Shown here in pieces: positions 25,766 to 38,704 of a stretch of 64,000 nt of DNA. The notes below the pieces were generated by a model. The model saw nothing but the letters and a program-made list of their open reading frames with translations, was not told the DNA's origin and searched no databases. This DNA is from Octopus sinensis (taxonomy: Eukaryota), in NCBI RefSeq assembly GCF_006345805.1, contig NC_043006.1, positions 13,020,001 to 13,084,000 of the forward strand, written 5' to 3'. The translations under genes were made by a program, and so were the position numbers. Within the stretch, counting starts at the first letter, position 1; every line of letters begins with the position of its first letter.

Positions 25766-25970
25766 TTGTGTGTCTGTGTTTGTCCCCCTAGCATTGCTTG
25801 ACAACCAATGCTGGTGTGTTGACGTCCCCGTCACTTAGCGGTTCGTCAAAAGTGACCGATAGAATAAGTACTGGGCTTACAAAGATTAAGTCCCGGGGTC
25901 GATTTGATCGACTAAAGGCGGTGCTCCAGCATGGCCGCAGTCAAATGACTGAAACAAGTAAAAGAGTAAA
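25563..25970 (+). mobile_element. SINE-B
   Basis: Near-identical to 14135-14565. Confidence 0.9.
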
Positions 25971-26873
25971 AATAGTATCTATTTCAAATAATAATACATC
26001 TAACTCCTGCTAGCTGTGTTGAGTGCCTTTTTCTTTCGTTTGCCCATAATTAGCAGTTATAACGGTTTTATAAAAGTTAGCTGCAACTGTAATGTTTCGC
26101 TAAGGAAGGCTCATCTGTTTGATAAGAGTCCTTTGAAGTGAGAGTCTATTTTAAAACATTACTATGTGATTTACATCAGGCTTTACGTAATTTCTTCAGT
26201 GAATGTCTGCGGCATTCAATTATAAGGGAAATGTTATGAATGATGTGTATGTGTATGTGTATGTGTCTATGATTGTATATGAGATTTACGCATTCAAAAA
26301 GAATGTGATAAAAAGACTATTGATTCCAGTAGGAATGGGACCATTAATTGGTTGGTTACTACGAAATAGGAAAAAGTTCTAAGCTAATACACCAAAAGAC
26401 TTTTGCCGTATTTTTCTATGAAATTAAGGCTGAAATGTCTTCTCTGTATTAGTAATGTCTTCTCCTGTATTAGCTTTTAACTTATGGCTGAGTATACGTG
26501 CTGATGAGCATGCTTGTACATACATCCAGCGATAAATACATATATGCATATATACACAGATACACATATATATGTATACACATGTTTACATATGCTTATA
26601 TTTGTATAAGTATGCGGATATCTAAGTATATACATTTGTGTGTATATAGACATATATGTATGTATATGTATATATAAATACAAGTATATATATATATATG
26701 TATATATAGATATTATATATATATATATATATATATGATATATGATATATGTCTGTTTGTATGGGGAGAGAAGACACCTATGGCGAATAAATATATATAA
26801 ATACAAGTACATATATATGTATATATATGTATATATATAATATAATGTATAATAAATATATAATGTATGTATG

Positions 26874-26922
<49 letters not shown>

Positions 26923-27179
26923 CATTTGATATATGATACATGTCTGTTTGTATGAGGAGAGAAGACACCTATGGCGAACATAAATTTTCGCTTGCTGCTC
27001 TTATTTCTGTCATTAATGGTGTAGTAATGTTAGTCAGTTTCTGTTAAGTAATACTTTTGTGTTGATACCTCACATTTTCCAAAGTATGATATTTGTTTCT
27101 GTAGCATTTACACTTTACTGAAACCATTTAATTCAACATGTTCTAAACCACTATCGGAAATTAGTTTTCAGTATCGAGT

Positions 27180-27279
27180 NNNNNNNNNNNNNNNNNNNNN
27201 NNNNNNNNNNNNNNNNNNNNNNNNNNNNNNNNNNNNNNNNNNNNNNNNNNNNNNNNNNNNNNNNNNNNNNNNNNNNNNN
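27180..27279. other. Assembly gap (100 N)
   Basis: Run of N. Confidence 1.
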
Positions 27280-27387
27280 TAACTCAAGGATTACACAATA
27301 ATTATTCTTGAGTACACATTCAGTGTGTATTATCAAGAACTGTGCTGACAGTAACTTCGAAGTTTCGAAGTTCTACTAGCATATATA

Positions 27388-27615
27388 CGGCGAGCTGGCA
27401 GAAACGTTAGCACGCCGGGCGAAATGCGTAGCCGTATTTCGTCTGCCGTTACGTTCTGAGTTCAAATTCCGCCGGGGTTGACTTTGCTTTTCATCCTTTC
27501 GGGGTCGATAAATTAAGCACCAGTTACGCACTGGGGTCGATGGAATAGACTTAATACCTATGTCTGTCCTTGTTTGTCCCCTCTGTGTTTAGCCCCTTGT
27601 GATTAGTAAAGAAAT
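27388..27615 (+). mobile_element. SINE-A full monomer
   Basis: All family motifs. Confidence 0.9.
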
Positions 27616-27715
27616 ATAATATGTGTATATAATATATATATATATATAGATATAATATCTATTATATATATATATATGTGTGTGTATGTATGTCTGTATG
27701 TCTGTTACGTATATG

Positions 27716-27752
<37 letters not shown>

Positions 27753-28938
27753 ATACTATATATACATATGAAACTTAAAAAGCGTGGCTTGATAATTAGA
27801 ACGTAAAGGCATATATTTATGAATGGATGGATGGATAGATGGAAGGATCGATCGATCGATAGATTAGTCGATTGATCGATCGATGGACGGATGTGTGCAT
27901 GTATTCATGTATATATATATATATATGTAAGTGTGTGCGTGCTTGCGTCCGTGTGTGCGCGCGCATGTGAGAGAGAGAGAGAGAGAGACAAACAGATAGT
28001 GTGTACGTGAGAGTGAGAGAGAGAGAAAGAGAGGGAAACTGACGGATAGAGTGTGTATGTGTGTGTGGAAATTCAAACCTTTAAACATCTAAAATTATTA
28101 CACATTACACAGCATTTCATGAATCCTATATTCGGTCAACTACGGAAAACAGAACCCAAAAACTGCATATAATTTACATAGAGGTGTGGTTATTCTTATA
28201 TCATTGCAAATACACTTTAGTCATTGTTTGAAAAAGTGAGATTTAGGGGAGTGATATCTTTTACGTCTTGCTTGTTTTATTCACAGCAGTTCGGCGTCTC
28301 AAATGTTAACCATGATTCTAACCAGCGTTAGTGTAATTTCTTTTAAAAGTAAAGTGTGTTTGAAAGGTATGTGATTGTCTGCTTCTGCTTCTTAAATAAA
28401 TGCATATGTTGACAAAAACGAATCTTGAAAGTGTTGTTGGTCAATTACAAATATGTAATTGCATTTCAGAACAATTGTTTCAAGCACTGAAGTTGCAGAA
28501 GAGAATATAATTCCTCCTTTGTTTTCTCTTTCGGTGTTGCCGTTGGGAAATATTTAAGCGCTGAAATAACTGGAATTGCAGATTTTTAGAGTAAGATAAC
28601 GTATATCTGTTGCAGACCATATGATATATCCCGAAATTAAATTAGATTTTATTTACAAAGCCCTTGGTTGTATTTATTCATATGTTTAAACTATGTAATA
28701 GATTATACCACAAATTATCAATTGAAATACTTTTCGTTAAAAACACAACTTGTAGTGTTGTAGTTTATATATATTTGTAAGATTGCCATAACAAATATAT
28801 ACTGTTTAAAATGTATCCATATACATTTATATATCACTCTCCTTTTCATATTGATTTGTCATTTATCCTTCCATAATTGTAGGTTATACTTCAAATTCTC
28901 ACACGTTCGCGCAACTGCAAACATACACATACACACAC

Positions 28939-29015
<77 letters not shown>

Positions 29016-29600
29016 GCATACATATAAACAGCATATAAACATATATATACAAATATGATCATATATTGAGCATATATATATGAGTAGGATATATATATGC
29101 ATATATGTATGTATATATGCATATGTGTGTGTGTGTGTGTGTGTGCGTGCATTTATTTATATATATATATATTATATAAAAAAATAACACAGGAAATGGA
29201 AATATTACAAAAATATAAGAGAAAGTTCGTAGATTATTCATCGTTATATGTGTGTGAATGTGTCTGCTTGTGTGTGTGTATATGTATGCATGTATATATA
29301 TTTATACATATTTATACAGGCACAAACACTCACACATATATAGAAACGCGTATGTGTTTGTATTGTACATATATATATATATGATTATGAGTATATTTAT
29401 GTGTGCGTGCGTGCGCGCAGCATATGTGGGCTGTCTGTTCCTAAACTTGACCGAAGCTACTGCCATCAATGAACAGCTCTATTAATGGAAAGAAGTCTGT
29501 TTGTTATAAACAAAATGACAAAATAATAAAGAAGTAAATAATAACAATCTGTACTTGGTAATTATTGACAGATCTGTCTCTTCCAAATCATATACATACT

Positions 29601-29986
29601 CATGGAAGCACTCCGTCGGTTACGACGACGAGGGTTCCGGTTGATCCGAACCAACGGAACAGCCTGCTCGTGAAATTAACGTGTAAGTGGCTGAGCATTC
29701 CACAGACACGTGTTCCCTTAACGTAGTTCTCGGGGATATTCAGTGTGACACAGAGAGTGACAAGGCCGGCCCTTTGAAATACAGGTACAACAGAAACAGG
29801 AAGTAAGAGTGAGAGAAAGTTGTGGTGAAAGAGTACAGCAGGGATCACCACCATCCGCTGCCAGAGCCTCGTGGAGCTCTAGGTGTTTTCGCTCAATAAA
29901 CACTCACAACGCCCGGTCTGGGAATCGAAACCGCGATCCTATGACCGCGAGTCCGCTGCCCTAACCACTGGGCCATTGCGCCTCCA
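29601..29986 (-). mobile_element. SINE-C full-length (major form)
   Basis: Near-identical to 42486-42872 and 56307-56694. Confidence 0.9.
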
Positions 29987-30743
29987 CACACTTGAACAAG
30001 ACACTTTAGTTTACGTTGCTCCAATCCATTCAGATGCCAAACGTGAATTGTAATACAAAGGGGCAGCTTTGTCACATTCTTTGACACTGTATCTCCTTTA
30101 GAACTACGTTAAGGGCACGCGTATCTATAGAGTAGTCAGCTACTTGCATGTTAACTTCAGAAGTAGTTTCTTCCATTGATCAGATCAACTGGAACACTCG
30201 TGGTCGTAACCGACAGAGTGCTAGTACAATTATCCAATTACAACCGTTAGCAACTAAATCTAGTGGCACATCTGCTGACCACCGAAAAACAAAACCTCCC
30301 CAAATACCTACATTGTTTTGTAAACCCCTAAAAAACAAAAATATGATCTACAGCTGACGTACCTAAATAGACACACCTCATTACATATTTCTACGTGCAC
30401 GAAGTATTGTTCAACAATATCACAACCAAACAATATCACAAATTTAATCAAAAAATCAACTCTCCAACACAAATTAATTGTCGTTCAACCAAACTCCGCT
30501 AACTTCTGAAAACTTTAATTTAACATGGACTATATAAAGCCAAAATGAACTGACATGTACCACAATCCGATGATTGGTTAACTAGCCGAACCTTTGAAGC
30601 CACTGCTAATACTATTCTTCATCTGTGTGTGTGTAGAAAGATAGATAGATAGATAGATAGATCGATAGATAGATAGATAGATAGAGAGAGGATTATAATA
30701 TATATATATATGTATATATGTATATTATATATGTATATATGTA

Positions 30744-30793
<50 letters not shown>

Positions 30794-30889
30794 TATAGGC
30801 TATAAAATGTTACACCCCGCTATAACGTCATAATACTAATTACTGTAATAACTTAAAAGTAAAAGCAGAAAATCTGGAATTTACACAAC

Positions 30890-31075
30890 ATTTATGTGGT
30901 CACCTGAGTCTTAATTGTTAGGGTGTTGCATTTATGATCATAAAATTCCTGGCGATGCGTTGTGTTTCTGAGCAAAATATTTAAATTCACGTTGTTCCCC
31001 TCCACTGTGCTCGCAAGAATAAGTGATCCTGCAACGGGCTGACATCCCGACAAGAGTGGGATCGGGTAAAAATAC
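30890..31075 (+). mobile_element. Old SINE relic with CORE-like and V-like motifs
   Basis: GCGTTGTGTTTCTGAGCAAAATA and CCTGCAACGGGCTGACATCCCG. Confidence 0.4.
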
Positions 31076-31397
31076 ACCACAAAATCCGGAAAATCGGCGT
31101 CGTGATCTTATGGCTCAGGAAGTACATTTGAGGTATTTTCAAAACAATAATTATAATTTAACTTTAATCAAATTTCTTTGCGTTTATTCAAAATGATTCT
31201 ATCAATTTTAATACTCAAAAGAAAAATATTTATTACTTAAAAATTAAAATGAATAAACAGAATTCTCATTTGTATATTTGCAATTAATATAAGTTAGTTT
31301 TCTTCATTTTTAAATGAAGCTTGCATTATATTCCATGGAAAAGCTTTCGCTAAAAAAATGTGTTTTTCGTAAAGTCGTAAGATACTCTTATATTAAC

Positions 31398-31405
31398 TCT
31401 CTCTT

Positions 31406-31497
<92 letters not shown>

Positions 31498-31550
31498 ATC
31501 CCCCTCTCCTCCTCTCCTCCTCTCCTTCTCTCTCTTCTTCTCCTCTCTCT
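31398..31550. repeat. (CT)n polypyrimidine microsatellite
   Basis: Direct. Confidence 0.95.
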
Positions 31551-31679
31551 CTAGATATATGTGTATATACGCGGGCATACACAGTGATAAAACACACACG
31601 CACAAAAATATATACAAATATTGAGTCGTTCGGGAAGTTCTGAATGCATTTCAGTGATGAAAATTTGCAAGATAACAAT

Positions 31680-32680
31680 GTTCAGTCATTAATATATCCT
31701 CCATTTTTTAATGATCTTGGTCCATCTGTGCGGCAGCTTCAAATTTCTATCTGCGTAGGAATCGGCTGTCTTAGAGGAAAGATAGTTACCTAAATCATGA
31801 AATGAGTTTCCGTTCAAAAGATTTTACAGGGAGCTAAACAAATGGAAGTCAAGTAGTGCAATGCTGTGGCAATATGATGGATACGGTAACAGATACCACC
31901 CAAGATCATGGAACTTTGTGTGGGTAACCAAAGACCACAAGATCTTGCGCAGTCTTGTTGAAATACATCCCCAATCTCTTGATTAGTTCTGGAGAGTTCT
32001 ATATCTTTATTCATTGATTCCAGTTGGCGGCAGTACACACCAGAATCGATGGCCTTGTTATGTGTGAGTAGCACATAATAAACAAGAGATTTTGAAATAC
32101 TGCTTTTGCAGCTGTTTTGGTGTATTCTCCTGAAACCCCTAGTATCGTTTCTGTACTATGTTATCGGAGAAAACCCTTTTTATTTTCATCATCTGTAACT
32201 ATTCATTTGAAAAAAACCTCTTCGGTGCTATTGCGTTTTGAAAGCATGCCACAAAATGAATGCCGTTTCATGTAGCTTTTCCCTGGCATGTTGTAATCGA
32301 TCCATATATCATACTAGAAGTTGTACCCAAGTTTCACTAAGAGCTCAAGGATAATAACAGTTGGGACTTCCAACATTTCTCTCTTGTCGCGATATTTTGG
32401 TTGTTTTCTTCATGTTTACCTTCAAAAGATCGTCGTAAAAATCTGAAGGTCTTCCTGAGTGATTAGCATTTTGAAAGCTGGAATACGCACGTTGAAATTT
32501 TGCTAACCTTCTCCGAACGGTTGAGGCATCAACAGCAACTTCACAATGCATTTCACAAGCGGTTTTACACATTTCTGCAGTGTTTTCACCACTTTTAAAG
32601 AAGAAAATCATTACGAACTGAAAATGTAAATTTTGGTTATTCAATTTCCACGTGACAAGCACCGACAAAATTAAGAGATC
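31680..32680 (-). mobile_element. Decayed mariner (DD34D-type) transposon
   Basis: N-terminal FFFKSGENTAE..AVDASTVRRRLAKFQ..NHSGRPSDF; C-terminal IDSGVYCRQL..VFQQDCAR and frameshifted YPPY..DFHLFSSL. Confidence 0.8.
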
Positions 32681-33606
32681 TAATTTTTAGCGTGAGACGT
32701 AACCTGTACGCTATTACGCTACAAGCGATTACAAGAGATCAGTTCTTCCAACATTACAGTTTTATATGAAGCATATAAAAACACACTTGTGTCTGTAACA
32801 TATATATGCCTGTGTGTGTGTTTGTGTATGTGTGTGTGTGTGTGCCTGTGTGTGTGTGCCTGTGTGTGTGTTTGCGTGTGTATTATTTCATGCAGTTTTT
32901 TCTAAGCTCTTAGGTAAGCAATTGTTTATTGAAATACATACAACATAGTTACGTCGTCTAAGTTACATGAATGTAAATAACTGCAGGTTCATTCCCAGTA
33001 TTACAGAATCGTCACCAATGACTAGTTGGACTCTCAATGATTCCTTGGGTAAAAGATACGTAGTTCTTCATTTTCTGATATTTATCTATTTAAACACTAA
33101 GTGAAATTTTCCATATCATCATTATCATCATTATTCTCGTCGTCATCCTGCTCATATTTATTCTTAGTTATTACGTCGTTATGTCTGTACAGTCAGGATT
33201 CGTTGTTATTAGCGGCGATATCAGCCTCCATTTTCGCTTCACTTAGTAGAAGACTTTAACTCCTATTTCTTTGTGCGCTTAGTTAAAAGTTATCTTTGCG
33301 CTTTTTATTAGTGATTGATTCTACTTGTTTTCATTACTGATTTCTTTTGCTTTTACTTGCATTAATAACGTTGCAAACGACGCGGTTTCAGTTCTGTTCT
33401 TCTGTTTCATGTCCGCCATAAAAGGCTTTCTCTCATAGGCCAATTACTTTTTGATCTCGCTATGCCTTTAACATTTATGCATCTCTACGCTTTTCAGTCA
33501 CTCAATCAACACTATACATACATACATACATACTACATACATACATACATACATACATATACATATGCAAATACATACATATATATATATATATATATAT
33601 TATATA

Positions 33607-33645
<39 letters not shown>

Positions 33646-33659
33646 TATATAATATATAT

Positions 33660-34132
33660 AAATATTGTTATATTTCGGAATGGTCATATTGCCAGTTTAG
33701 CCAAATTTAGCTTCAGTGTTATTTATTTTTTACATTAATCTTAATCTTATTTCGGCCAGAGTTCTTTCGTCACACTCCTGTGACCGCATCAGTGGTCTTT
33801 TATTTTCTTCTTTCTTATTTGTGTCTCTCCTTACTAACCGTCAGCAATTTTGTATTTCTATTGTATGTTTTCATTTGCGCATGCTTATATCTCTATGCGC
33901 GTCTATGTTTATTTAGTGTCTGTATGTGGGGGGATGCCTGTGATATTTGTATCTTCTGTTTATATATGTTCATGTAATTTGTATTTTGTTTTTTGTTTAT
34001 TCTTATTTTGCTCATGTGTTTACATCCACTTATTATTATCATTACATATGCTTGTATGTATGTATGTATGTATAACAACAATACTAGTAATAATAATATA
34101 AATCGAATCGAAAAAAAATTAATATATATATC

Positions 34133-34177
<45 letters not shown>

Positions 34178-34400
34178 CATATTTTATATATATACGTGTA
34201 CCACACAAAAAGTACGAAGCAACAGTGCATGGGACATGAACTTTCTTTCGAACAACGAAGGCAACCTAGAAAAACCGCCAACACTGATGAAGGGTCGTTT
34301 TTTATGTCGTTTGTTTTGTTTTCCATTTGTGTCTTTCGTTGTTCGAAAGAATAGTTCATGTTCCATGTATTCGTGCTTCGTACTTTTTTGTTGTACACGT
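33660..34400. mobile_element. Penelope-like terminal fragments with a degenerate hammerhead (33754-33797) and a fold-back hairpin (34194-34400)
   Basis: CTGATGC-G-GTCACA-GGAG-TGTGAC-GAAAG on minus strand; 67-bp inverted arms. Confidence 0.5.
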
Positions 34401-34724
34401 TTCATGACGTCCTTTCGTACATATGCTATATATATATATATATATATATAATCATATATATAATATATATATATATGCATATATATACGTGTAGATCTAA
34501 GTATGTACATATACATATGTATGTACGCCTATATATTTCGTATATATATATAATGTATTGGTATATAGAAGACCCAAAGTGTGGCAGGAAACGCTAAGTG
34601 CTATGGACAGACCGTGTTAAACTCTTGGTTCGATAGTAATACGGTGGGGAGTTAGTGTGGATCTTGTTTAAGCAGTATATATATATAATATATATATATA
34701 TTATATATATATATATATATAAGT

Positions 34725-34945
34725 ATATTATCCAAACATGAAAACCCAAAGAGAAAACACAAGAACTCGAGGACGTGGAACAAGTATAGTATTATTGGAC
34801 GCTCAGGAAAGGAAGGAAAGAAGAAGGATTTAACGTTTCGAGCGGAGCTCTTCGTCAGAAACATAAGAAAAAAAAGATCCAAGGAAGGGAAGATGGAGGG
34901 AAAAAAATCACCAACGGTACACACGCGGTCACAGGCAAAAAGAGG
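34725..34945 (-). mobile_element. Penelope-like terminal repeat fragment (family P2) with hammerhead
   Basis: CTGACGA-A-GAGC-TCC-GCTC-GAAACGTT at 34828-34862; second copy at 49200-49400. Confidence 0.65.
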
Positions 34946-35320
34946 TAACAAACCTAGGGCTGTGAGGAGTTTTCATTTATAAGAATAGTGATATAGACTT
35001 ACAGCTGTTTCTGGGATATCATGAATATCCCTTCATGAGAGACGATGTGTCATGGTTAAATAGAGGTATATGTTTGAGTTCTAAATAAGGAAGTATTGTG
35101 GAATAGGAGATAGGGAATATAGAAGGAAATAAGAAACTGAAAATAGAAGTAAAATATATAACATTGTAGTCGCAGTTCCATTAATCGAGTAAAGTGGTGT
35201 GCAGAAGTGGTAAAAAAAAAGGTTCGTGTACATGGTAAGTTCCAATAGTAGTTCATGTTTAGTCATTTCTAAGAATGGAGCTGTGGATTCTGTGTGGCTC
35301 ATTCATTGTGGTGTGGATTA

Positions 35321-35922
35321 TCTATTATATAAAATCCGTTCTGTCTGTCTGTCCGTGTGTCTTCTAGGATCTCGGGCATCCTCCATCCGATTGCGCTCAA
35401 ATTTAATATGTAGATACCCACGGTATCAGGGCGTGTATAAGTCTTTAAAAAATTACAAAAATCGATTCCAGGTGAGAATGCGATCGATAAAGCCGTGAGA
35501 ACGTACATTTGTACGCGCAAGTACAGCAGCTGTTGTGATCGATACTACGCGTGCGCGAGAAAAGTGCACGTGCAGTTTGCACAAAAATGTCGGCTGGGTT
35601 GAAATAATGCCACAAAATGCAGTATATTTAAGAGACCAGAAAATAAGATGCAAAAGAGATATTTTCTTCAAACTTGGCATGAGGGAAGGAAAGACTATTT
35701 AGTTTCTCAAGAAGTTTTTTTTTTCGATAAAATCGTTTTTCTTTGAAATAGAAAAAAGTCTATCTTTATTTCTTCTTTTGCTGGTGTCTCAAATTTGGGT
35801 TAAATCAGTGTTTTTTAAAGGGGTGGCCTATGGGACGCCCGGCCAAGTTGGTTTGAGAAAATTTGGTTTAAATAATTGACAACTCAGCACCGTCCATTGG
35901 ACGGGGGGGGTCATTTTGCTCG
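35321..35922 (+). mobile_element. Non-autonomous Helitron (family H2)
   Basis: A|TCTATTATATAAAATCCG 5' end; subterminal CCGTCC-ATT-GGACGG hairpin; CTCG|T variant 3' end. Confidence 0.6.
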
Positions 35923-35944
<22 letters not shown>

Positions 35945-35962
<18 letters not shown>

Positions 35963-36333
35963 TGAGGTTGTGTGCTGTCTGTCTCCTACGATTTAGATTC
36001 CTAACTACTCCCACATTTTGCGGTGCAATTTAACCAAAACCGGGTATCTTATAGTCGTGATTCATATCAAGCCCTTCTGGGTATAAGCGCGCATCTACGA
36101 TGAGTCTACGATTTAAAAAAAAATTTACCATCATTTTTTTCCCATTTTTAATGCATTTTTGGCATATATAAGGGAAGTAAAATTTATTATTAAATCTTAA
36201 AACGTAAAAAGCTACAGTAACCCCCCCCTTTATGGTTAGCCATATTGAGATGGCTATTATACTTTACATCTCTAAAAATGCTTATATAGTTATTTCCCTT
36301 ACAAACCCGAGCAACACCGGGCGATACTGCTAG
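35945..36333 (+). mobile_element. Non-autonomous Helitron (family H1)
   Basis: CCCGAGCAACACCGGG hairpin then CTAG|T; body matches 55671-56065. Confidence 0.85.
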
Positions 36334-36692
36334 TATATATATATACATACACATACACACTCACGCACGCACCCACACATCCCTACATACATACATACGC
36401 ATTGCACTGGGTTCTCATATATTCATATACATTTAGTTACACACACTCACTCACATACGCGCATACACACACATACAAACACACACGCACACACTCTTTG
36501 GAAAAAAGCGGTAATGATAAGCTGCTAGAGAGTGATTGTTTCCGACAGGTTTAAATATTTTACCGGTAACCTTAACAATCCATGAAAGACACGGGAGCCC
36601 AATGCAATGCATATATATGTGTGTGTGGGCGTCGTGTGTGTGTGTATGTGTGTGTGTGTGTGTGTGTGCGTGAGTGTCTGTATATATATATA

Positions 36693-37103
36693 TTTCTTTA
36701 CTGCCCACAAGGGGCTAAACATAGAGGGGACAAACAAGGAGAGACAAACGGATTAAGTCGATTACATCGACTCCAGTGCGGAACTGGTACTTTATTTATC
36801 TACCCCGAAAGGATGAAAGGCAAAGTCGACCTCGGCGGAATTTGAACTCAGAAAATAACGACAGACGAAATACCTATTTCTTTATTACCCACAAGGGGCT
36901 AAACACAGAGGGGACAAACAAGGACAGACATAGGTATTAAGTCGATTACATCGACCCCAGTGCGTAACTGGTACTTAATTTATCGACCCCGAAAGGATGA
37001 AAGGCAAAGTCGACCTCGGCGGAATTTGAACTCAGAAAATAACGACAGACGAAATACCGCTAAGCATTACGCCCGGCGCGCTAACGTTTCTGCCAGCTCG
37101 CCG
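36693..37103 (-). mobile_element. SINE-A dimer
   Basis: Two core-tail units with the fixed junction at 36864-36883. Confidence 0.9.
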
Positions 37104-37450
37104 TCTGTATATATATAATCCAATCTAGCACATCACTTTTGCCAATTCCGTACCACTTGAAAATCTCCACTCGATAAAAAGAAAATCTGTTAACACACGT
37201 CGTAAGAACAGGAAGTTAATAATCTGGTCTATAAAATTGATCACAAATTCTTCTTCGATTTTTCACAGATTGTGTGCTGTGTGTCTTCATTTAACATTTC
37301 AATATCCTATCCAGCTGAAAAGATATATCTTGATAAACTTCTCTCTCTCTCTCGTTCTCGCTCGCTCTCTCTCTCTCGTTCTCGCTCGCTCTCTCTCTCC
37401 CTCTCCCTCTATCACCGTCTTTCTTTCTCTCTCTCCCTTAGTGTGAATAT

Positions 37451-37481
<31 letters not shown>

Positions 37482-37589
37482 GTAATTACATGTATGTATG
37501 TATGTATATGTATACATATATATATATACATATATGTAAATAAATAACAAGGATGTCGAGGCATTTTATATAAATATATATATATATAC

Positions 37590-38259
37590 CAATAATAATT
37601 CTCTAAATGAGATATAGACAGTGACTGCTCCATAATATAAGGGATATTAGCCTACTGAATATGGCTAGGGACAGGGCAGGGTGGTGGGGGTGTCACTGTT
37701 GCATTTAGCCCCAGGCGAACATCAACGTCACCAGATAGGCCGACGCCATCACGGCGTCCTCTATCTTGCAAAGGGAGATCATTCACCAAGAAGCGGATAC
37801 CACACACGTATCAACGTGTGGTAGGTATCGCTTCTCGATGAACGACCAACAGTGAAAGATATATATAAGGATTTTCAAGTAAATACATTTACTGATTTCG
37901 AAAATCCGTTCGACAGCAATAATAATTCTCTAAATGAGATATAGACAGTGACTGCTCCATAATATAAGGGATATTAGCCAACTGAATATGGCTAGTTGAA
38001 AATCCTTATATATATCTTGCACTGTTGGTCGTTCATCGAGAAGCGATGCCTACCACACGTTGATAATAGGCAATACACCTTGAAACCTAGGTCCGTGTGT
38101 GGTATCCGCTTCTTGGTGAATGATCTCCCTTTGCAAGATAGAGGACGCCGTGATGGCGTCGGCCTATCTGGTGACGTTGATGTTCGCCTGGGGCTAAATG
38201 CAACAGTGACACCCCCACCACCCTGCCCTGTCCCTAGCCATATTCAGTTGGCTAATATC

Positions 38260-38266
<7 letters not shown>
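37590..38266. repeat. Complex duplication-inversion A-B-spacer-A-B(inv)-A(inv, partial)
   Basis: Near-identical arms read directly. Confidence 0.9.
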
Positions 38267-38318
<52 letters not shown>

Positions 38319-38319
<1 letters not shown>

Positions 38320-38635
38320 TGGAAGCGCTATGGTCCATCGTGGGATCGCGGTTTCAGTTCCCAGCCCGGGCGTTGTGAGTGTTTATTGTTCGAAAACACC
38401 TAAAGCTTCCCATGGCTCCGGCAGGGCGTGTTGGCGAACCCTGCTGTATTCCTCTACTACAACTGTCTCTCACTCCTTCTTCCTGTTTCCGTCTCACGCT
38501 GAATCTTCCCGAGAACTACGTTAAAGATACACATGTCTGTGGAGTGCTCAGCCGCTTGCACTTTAATTTCACATGTAGGCTGTTCCTTTGATCGGAACAA
38601 CTGAAACCCCCGTCGTCGTAACCGACGGAGTGCCA

Positions 38636-38637
<2 letters not shown>
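38319..38637 (+). mobile_element. SINE-C with internal deletions
   Basis: Head and tail motifs. Confidence 0.75.

Positions 38638-38704
<67 letters not shown>

Noticed and set aside
28470-28590. Possible plus-strand exon (TTTCAG ... GTAAGA)
   Set aside because: All three frames contain stops
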